Assembly: GCA_016795295.1 (NCBI GenBank)
Contig: JAEUHP010000007.1
Span: 10,896 to 74,895 of the forward strand
Direction: 5' to 3'
Origin: Planctomycetota bacterium
GTDB taxonomy: Bacteria; Planctomycetota; UBA1135; UBA2386
DNA length: 64,000 nucleotides
Shown here in pieces: positions 58,984 to 64,000 of this stretch. The position numbers were made by a program, and so were the translations under genes. The notes beneath the pieces were generated by a model. That model did not search any database. It was not told where the DNA came from and was given only the letters and a program-made list of their open reading frames with translations. The first letter of the stretch is position 1. Every line of letters starts with the position of its first letter.

Positions 58984-60213
58984 TCACTTGCCGGCGCCCT
59001 GCTTGCCGTCGCCCTGCTTGCCTTCCTCCACCTTGCCAGCCGGCTCGGCCTTCGGCGGGCCGCCCGCCTCGACCGGCGGCAGCTTGGCCAGGTACTGCTT
59101 CGGCTCCTTCTCGAACGCGGCTTTGCACTTGTTGCAGCAGAACGCGATGCGCCGCCCTTCGAACTCGACCACGATCGCCGCATCGACCGGCTTGTCGAGC
59201 ACCGGGCACTGGCTGTTGGCCGGACGGTTCCTCGCCTCGCGCTCGGTGATCTCACGCTGCGCCGCGGCGAGCCGCGCCTCGGCATAGTCGCCGAGGTCGA
59301 CTTCGCAGCCGGGCCGCCCCTGCTGCAGCGCCGCAGCCCCGGCCGGGCCAGCTCCAGTCTGCCAAGCGTAGACACGCCGCAGTGCCGGCGCCGCGGCCAG
59401 CGCCGTGAGCCCCTGGTCGGTGAGTTTCGTTCCGTAGACATTCAGCGTCTCCAGGTGCGGCAACGCCGCCAACGCCGCGCATCCGGCATCGCCCCACGCG
59501 GTGTTCGCCAGCTGCAGGCGCCGCAACTGACGCAACTGCGCCACCTGGCCGGCCGCGGCCTCGGTGAGCGCGGTGCGCGAGGCGTTCAACCACACCAGGA
59601 CCGGAGCCAACGGCACCAGCAACGCCGCATCGCCGTCGCCGAACGCCGACCGCAGCAGCGACAGGTTGGCCTCGAGCGCCTGGCTGCCAGCCGCAACCGG
59701 CTGCACCACCGCCCCCTTCTGCCGCAGCGCCACCACCGCCGCGTCGATCGCCGCCTGCGCTGCCGCATCGACCGCCGGCAACTCGAAGGTCACCACCGGC
59801 AGCGCTTGTGCCGCGACCAGAGCCGCCACCGCCGCATCGCCATCGCCGGGCCAGACCGCCCCCGCCGCAACCCACTGCACCAGCACGTCCTGCTGGGCCT
59901 TGGTCAAGGGCTGGCCCTTGTTGGGCATCACTTCTTCGTCGCTGGCAGGCAAGCCGATGCGCCGCACCAGCTCGCTGGCCTCTGGCTTGCCCGGCACCAC
60001 CAACCACTCGCTCTCGCGCCCCTCCGGGAACAGCTCGGCGCGCAGATGCAGGCGCAGGTCCCCCTTGTGCTCCTTCGCGCCATGGCACTCGAGGCAGCGC
60101 TCGACCAAGATCGGCGCCACCTGCTTCGCAAAATCGACCGGCACCACCACCGGCTCCTGGGCCACCAAGCCAGCCATCGCCAACCACGCCACGATTCGAG
60201 GCAGCACGCGCAT
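58984..60213 (-). CDS. Planctomycete-type cytochrome c domain + LRR + YHS-domain protein
   Basis: VDFAKQVAPILVERCLECHG, VVPGKPEASEL, MP; LRRs (LRRLQLANT, LETLNVYGTKLTD); CPV...IAFCCNKCKAAF. Confidence 0.82.
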   Translation of the reverse strand: MRVLPRIVAWLAMAGLVAQEPVVVPVDFAKQVAPILVERCLECHGAKEHKGDLRLHLRAELFPEGRESEWLVVPGKPEASELVRRIGLPASDEEVMPNKGQPLTKAQQDVLVQWVAAGAVWPGDGDAAVAALVAAQALPVVTFELPAVDAAAQAAIDAAVVALRQKGAVVQPVAAGSQALEANLSLLRSAFGDGDAALLVPLAPVLVWLNASRTALTEAAAGQVAQLRQLRRLQLANTAWGDAGCAALAALPHLETLNVYGTKLTDQGLTALAAAPALRRVYAWQTGAGPAGAAALQQGRPGCEVDLGDYAEARLAAAQREITEREARNRPANSQCPVLDKPVDAAIVVEFEGRRIAFCCNKCKAAFEKEPKQYLAKLPPVEAGGPPKAEPAGKVEEGKQGDGKQGAGK

Positions 60214-60300
60214 CCCCCCATCATCCGCCCCACCCCCCGCCACGGCAACGCCCAGCCACACCCCGGCCCCCAGAATCGCAACCAGCCCACCACCACCACC

Positions 60301-60356
60301 CTCCACCCTCCAACCTCCAACCTCCAACCTCCAACCTCCAACCTCTAACCTCCAAC
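60301..60356 (+). repeat. Heptamer tandem repeat (CTCCAAC)x8
   Basis: ctccacc (ctccaac)5 ctctaac ctccaac, intergenic. Confidence 0.95.
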
Positions 60357-60418
60357 CCGCGGCGGCAGCGGGCCGGCTGCCCTACCTCGCCCGCAGCCGC
60401 CCCCCGCGTTGCCGCCGC

Positions 60419-61690
60419 CTAAGTATCACTGATCCGCTCGATGTCCGCCCCGATCCGCTGCAGCTTCTGCTCGATGCGTTCGTAGCCGCGGTCGATGTGG
60501 TAGACCCGGCGCACGTCGGTCGAACCACGCGCCACCAAGCCCGCGAGCACCAGACTGGCCGAAGCGCGCAAGTCGCTGGCCATCACCGGCGCGCCGCGCA
60601 GCTCCTCGGTGCCCTCGATGATCGCACTCGGCCCCTCGCGGCGGATGCGGGCCCCCAGGCGCTGCAGTTCGGACGCGTGGATGAAGCGTTCGGGGTAGAT
60701 CTTCTCGGTGATCACCGACACCCCGTCGGCGCGGGCCATCAGGGCCATGAACTGCGCCTGCAGGTCGGTCGGGAAGCCCGGATAGGCCATGGTGGTGACG
60801 TCGACCGCACGCAGGCGCCCGGCGGTGGTCGGCACGTTGCGGATGTAGTCCTTGCCCAGTTCGAGCACCGCACCGGCGGCGCGCAAACGGTCGACCACGG
60901 CGAGCAGGTGCATCGGGTTGCAGTCCCGCACATACACGTCGCTGTTCATCATGATCGCGCCGCACAGGAACGTGCCGGCCTCGATGCGGTCGGGGATCAT
61001 CGACCACTCGCAGCCGTGCAGCGTGTCGACGCCTTCGATCACCAAGAGGTGCCCGCCGATGCCCGAGATGCGCGCGCCGCACGCATTCAGGAAGTGGCAG
61101 AGGTCCTCGATCTCGGGCTCCATGGCCGCCGATTCGAGGTAGGTGGTGCCCTTGGCCAGGGTCGCGGCCATCACCACGTTCGCGGTGCCGAGCACGGTCG
61201 ACCCCATGTTGCCGCCGAGGAACACCGCACCACCCTGGGGCCGGCCGGACAGCGTCACATAGCCGTCGACCATCTCCAGCTTGCCGCCGAGGTCACTGAG
61301 GCCCTTCAAGTGCAGGTCGACCGGACGGTGGCCGAACACACACCCGCCGGGATAGCTGACCCGGGCCACGTGGCGCCGCGCCCACAGGGGCCCCAGCACC
61401 ACGAAGCTGGCGCGCATGGTACGCACCAGATCGTAGGGCGCCGTGTAGACGGTTTTGTCCTTGGCCTCGAGTTCGAGCACGCCCTCTTCGCGCCAACGAT
61501 GCACCACCCCGAGCTTGTTCAGGATGCGCAGCAGGTTGTCGACGTCGGTCAGCCGCGGCATGTTGCGCAGCACGATCGGTCCGTCGACCAACAGCGAAGC
61601 AGCGAGGATCGGCAGGGCGCCGTTCTTGCTACCGGAAACACGAACGGAGCCGCCCAGGCCGCGGCCACCACGAATACGGATGCGATCCAT
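60419..61690 (-). CDS. murA: UDP-N-acetylglucosamine 1-carboxyvinyltransferase
   Basis: SGSKNGALPI, MRAS, PGGCVFGHRPVDLH, PDRIEAGT, YPGFPTDLQ, DLRA, HIDRGYE. Confidence 0.97.
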   Translation of the reverse strand: MDRIRIRGGRGLGGSVRVSGSKNGALPILAASLLVDGPIVLRNMPRLTDVDNLLRILNKLGVVHRWREEGVLELEAKDKTVYTAPYDLVRTMRASFVVLGPLWARRHVARVSYPGGCVFGHRPVDLHLKGLSDLGGKLEMVDGYVTLSGRPQGGAVFLGGNMGSTVLGTANVVMAATLAKGTTYLESAAMEPEIEDLCHFLNACGARISGIGGHLLVIEGVDTLHGCEWSMIPDRIEAGTFLCGAIMMNSDVYVRDCNPMHLLAVVDRLRAAGAVLELGKDYIRNVPTTAGRLRAVDVTTMAYPGFPTDLQAQFMALMARADGVSVITEKIYPERFIHASELQRLGARIRREGPSAIIEGTEELRGAPVMASDLRASASLVLAGLVARGSTDVRRVYHIDRGYERIEQKLQRIGADIERISDT

Positions 61691-61822
61691 CGAGCCCCTC
61701 CACGAACGCGACCGCTGGGCAGGCTGCCGCGCATTGCCGGACGGCGCGAGGGCCGTCCGAACCGCCACATGGAACGAAGACGAGTGACACAAGCCGCTGC
61801 GGCACCCGACCCTGCGGCGAGC

Positions 61823-61972
61823 CGTGGAAAATTGTCCACAGCTTTTGCACGCAGCTGACCGGCCGGGAGACAGCGCCGAGGTCGCGTTCCTCTTTAGCGA
61901 TCGTGCGGCCCAGCGCAAGGATCTCGTGCGAGATCTTGCGCACCACATTCCACAGCATTCCACAAACTCCAC
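61823..61972. promoter_or_regulatory. Cluster of DnaA-box-like / TCCACA motifs plus an inverted repeat upstream of murA
   Basis: Adjacent inverted pair cgtggaaaa/ttgtccaca (61823-61840); inverted repeat at 61913-61941; cattccaca x2 + actccaca (61946-61973). Confidence 0.45.
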
Positions 61973-61987
61973 AAGGTGGCCGCCCGT

Positions 61988-63322
61988 TCAGCGCCACCAC
62001 CGCCGCGCCACCAGTCCCGTCGCCACCAGGAGACCGCCGACCGCGGACGCCAAGGGCCGCGTCCAGCACGCGCCGACCGCCACCGCAACGGCGCCCAGCA
62101 CGAACAGCAGCGCCGCCAGCCCCGAACCCCAGAGCCGCACCTCCGGACCGCCGCCGCGCCGGCGCAACACCAACAGCGCCACACCGACCGCCCCGTAGCC
62201 GATCCAGTCGACGAACACGACGCCGTTGCAGACGAAGTCGAGGCTGTCGACGGTGCTGCCGAGCCAACCGACCACCACCAGCCCGTGCACGGCGAGCAGC
62301 AGCAAAACCGCCCACAGGCCCTGCCCGAGCACGCCGAGCACCGGGGTGCCAAAGCGCGGATGCAAGCGGCCGAACGCCGCTGGAAAGCAGCCCTGCTGCG
62401 CCATCGCGTAGAGCACGTAGGGCGGCGCCATGCAGATGGTGTTGAGGATGCCCGCGGCAGACAGCACCACGAGCCCGGCCAGAACGCGCGCGCCACCGGC
62501 ACCGAGCGCCACTTCGGCCGCCGCCGCGCCGATCGCAGGACTCTGCCGCGCGCGTTCGAACCCGAGCAGGCTGAGGAACGCGTGGTTGATCAGCAGGTAG
62601 ACCACCACCACCACCAGCACGCCGCCCAGGATGCCGAGCGGCACGCTGCGCTTCTGCAGCGCCGCGCCGGCGACGAACGAGCCCTGCTGCCACCCACCGG
62701 TGGCGAACAGCACCGGCAGCAGCGCCGCCGCCAGCATCGCCGGCATGGACCGCCCACTCGGCGGCGGCGACGCCACCGCCGGCACCTCCGCCACCGCGCA
62801 CGACGCCACCCCCACCAGCGCCAGCAAGGCCAGCACCTTCAGCACGATCAGGGTGTTCTGCAGCCACTTGCCGGTGCGCAGACCGAAGACGTTGGTGGCG
62901 GTGAACCCCAGCATCAGCAGGGCGGCCAACGCCGTGCGCGCGTTCGGCGACCACGGCGCCGCGGCCCCCAGGGCGATCTGCAGGTGGTCGACCAGCACCA
63001 GCGCCACCACGCCGAACGCGCCGGCCTGGATCACCAGCCAGTTGGCCCAGCCGTAGACGAACGCCACACCGCGGCCGAACGCCGCTTCGAGGTAGCGAAA
63101 CACGCCGCCATGGCCGGGCACGCGCAGGCTCAGCTCGGCGAACACCAGGGCACCCAGCGCGGCCAGCAGACCGCCGAGCGCCCAGGCCGCGAGCGCCTGG
63201 CCCTTGGTGTCGACGGCCGCGGCCACCTGCTTGGGGGTGAAGAAGATGCCCACGCCCAGGATGCCACCGACCACCACGCAGCCGATGTCGAACGCGGAGA
63301 GCCGGGTGGCGCGGTCGGTCAT
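61988..63322 (-). CDS. APC-family amino acid permease
   Basis: GGILGVGIFFTP, FAELSLRVPGHGG...YL..AFG, FATGGW, FGRLHPRFGTP. Confidence 0.9.
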   Translation of the reverse strand: MTDRATRLSAFDIGCVVVGGILGVGIFFTPKQVAAAVDTKGQALAAWALGGLLAALGALVFAELSLRVPGHGGVFRYLEAAFGRGVAFVYGWANWLVIQAGAFGVVALVLVDHLQIALGAAAPWSPNARTALAALLMLGFTATNVFGLRTGKWLQNTLIVLKVLALLALVGVASCAVAEVPAVASPPPSGRSMPAMLAAALLPVLFATGGWQQGSFVAGAALQKRSVPLGILGGVLVVVVVYLLINHAFLSLLGFERARQSPAIGAAAAEVALGAGGARVLAGLVVLSAAGILNTICMAPPYVLYAMAQQGCFPAAFGRLHPRFGTPVLGVLGQGLWAVLLLLAVHGLVVVGWLGSTVDSLDFVCNGVVFVDWIGYGAVGVALLVLRRRGGGPEVRLWGSGLAALLFVLGAVAVAVGACWTRPLASAVGGLLVATGLVARRWWR

Positions 63323-64000
63323 CTTGGCCCCCACCGCGCCTCGGCCGCGTGGACGTCGAACAGCACTTCGGCGGTGCCGAGATCCGGCTGCAGGCGCAGC
63401 ACGCGTTCGCCGCAGCGGTCGAGCACGTACAAACTGCCCGCCGCGTCGGCGGTGAGTGCGATCGGCTGGTCGAGGGCCGCGCGGCACGCGGCCGGCACCG
63501 GCAGCGGCGCGCCGTCCAGGTGCACGCCGTGCAGTTCGGCCCGCGGCGCCGAGGTCAGGTAGAAGCAGTGGCCGAGGGCGCTGGCCACCGCCACCGGCTG
63601 GCCGCGGCACGGCACGGTCGCGACGAACGTGCCGTCGAGGCGAAACCGCTGCAGGCGGCGGTGCAGGGTGTCGGCGACCAACAAGCCATGGCGGTCGCAC
63701 CACAGGCCGCGCGGCGCCCCGTACTCGGCCCCTGGTTGGCCTAGGCTCGGCACCACGCGCAGCCCCGCGCCCTCGGGCGTGGCGCACTGCACCGCGCAGC
63801 GCCGCGGCAGTTCGCCGCCGGCCACGAACCAGGTGTGGTGGATCGGATCCACGGCGACGGCGACCGGAAACTCGAGCACGCCCGGCCGGTCGCGGCCCCG
63901 GTCGCCGCGCGCCGGCGGGGCCTCGCCGTGGCTCGCCGCGAGGCGACCGAACACGCTGGTGCGGCACACGCGGTGATTCTGCGGGTCGGCGACGAGCAGT
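63319..64000 (-). CDS. NHL-repeat protein (5' end outside the window)
   Basis: Frame is open to the window edge: LLVADPQNHRV...; APRGLWCD..GLLVADTLHRRLQRF; LDQPIALTAD. Confidence 0.7.
   Translation of the reverse strand, partial: LLVADPQNHRVCRTSVFGRLAASHGEAPPARGDRGRDRPGVLEFPVAVAVDPIHHTWFVAGGELPRRCAVQCATPEGAGLRVVPSLGQPGAEYGAPRGLWCDRHGLLVADTLHRRLQRFRLDGTFVATVPCRGQPVAVASALGHCFYLTSAPRAELHGVHLDGAPLPVPAACRAALDQPIALTADAAGSLYVLDRCGERVLRLQPDLGTAEVLFDVHAAEARWGPR

Noticed and set aside
61700-61987. Replication origin (oriC)
   Set aside because: No dnaA/dnaN nearby, no AT-rich unwinding element, and only one or two good boxes. Kept only as a regulatory candidate.
1-64000. tRNA, rRNA, prophage or anti-phage defence genes
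   Set aside because: None recognised by eye; small RNAs cannot be excluded without a covariance-model search.

Overview
GC-rich bacterial chromosomal window, most likely Planctomycetota. The taxon is inferred from a planctomycete-type cytochrome c domain protein, lipoprotein secretins, and an FHA/Ser-Thr kinase/ECF module. About 47 credible CDS were identified; most other long ORFs in the track are GC-rich shadow frames. Main blocks: (1) 4.2-16.7 kb, two paralogous lipoprotein secretins bracketing two exported TPR proteins and an ExbB-ExbD-ExbD motor, with no TonB or TonB-dependent receptor; (2) 17.7-27.7 kb, a Pls/PosA-type single-module NRPS followed by a tightly coupled four-gene unit: fused E1 alpha-beta 2-oxoacid dehydrogenase, a chimeric 'E2' (lipoyl + E1/E3-binding domain + left-handed beta-helix acyltransferase in place of the E2 catalytic core), a polysaccharide-deacetylase-like protein and a GT4 glycosyltransferase; (3) 27.8-37.5 kb, rplM-rpsI-yebC, a degenerate GGDEF protein, an FHA protein, a Ser/Thr kinase, an ECF sigma factor, a zinc-finger protein and a coiled-coil protein; (4) ridA, coaD, comEC, NHL and ELWxxDGT beta-propeller proteins, DPP III and S9 peptidases; (5) GspG/H/I/J-like pseudopilins ending at a duplicated palindromic repeat and a RAYT-type Y1 transposase; (6) an HtrA protease, a cytochrome c-LRR-YHS protein, a heptamer repeat, murA with upstream DnaA-box-like motifs, and an APC transporter. 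The best candidates for an undescribed system are the E1/lipoyl-LbH acyl-transfer glycan-modification unit and the twin-secretin/ExbBDD machine. All calls come from reading motifs by eye; no database search was run.
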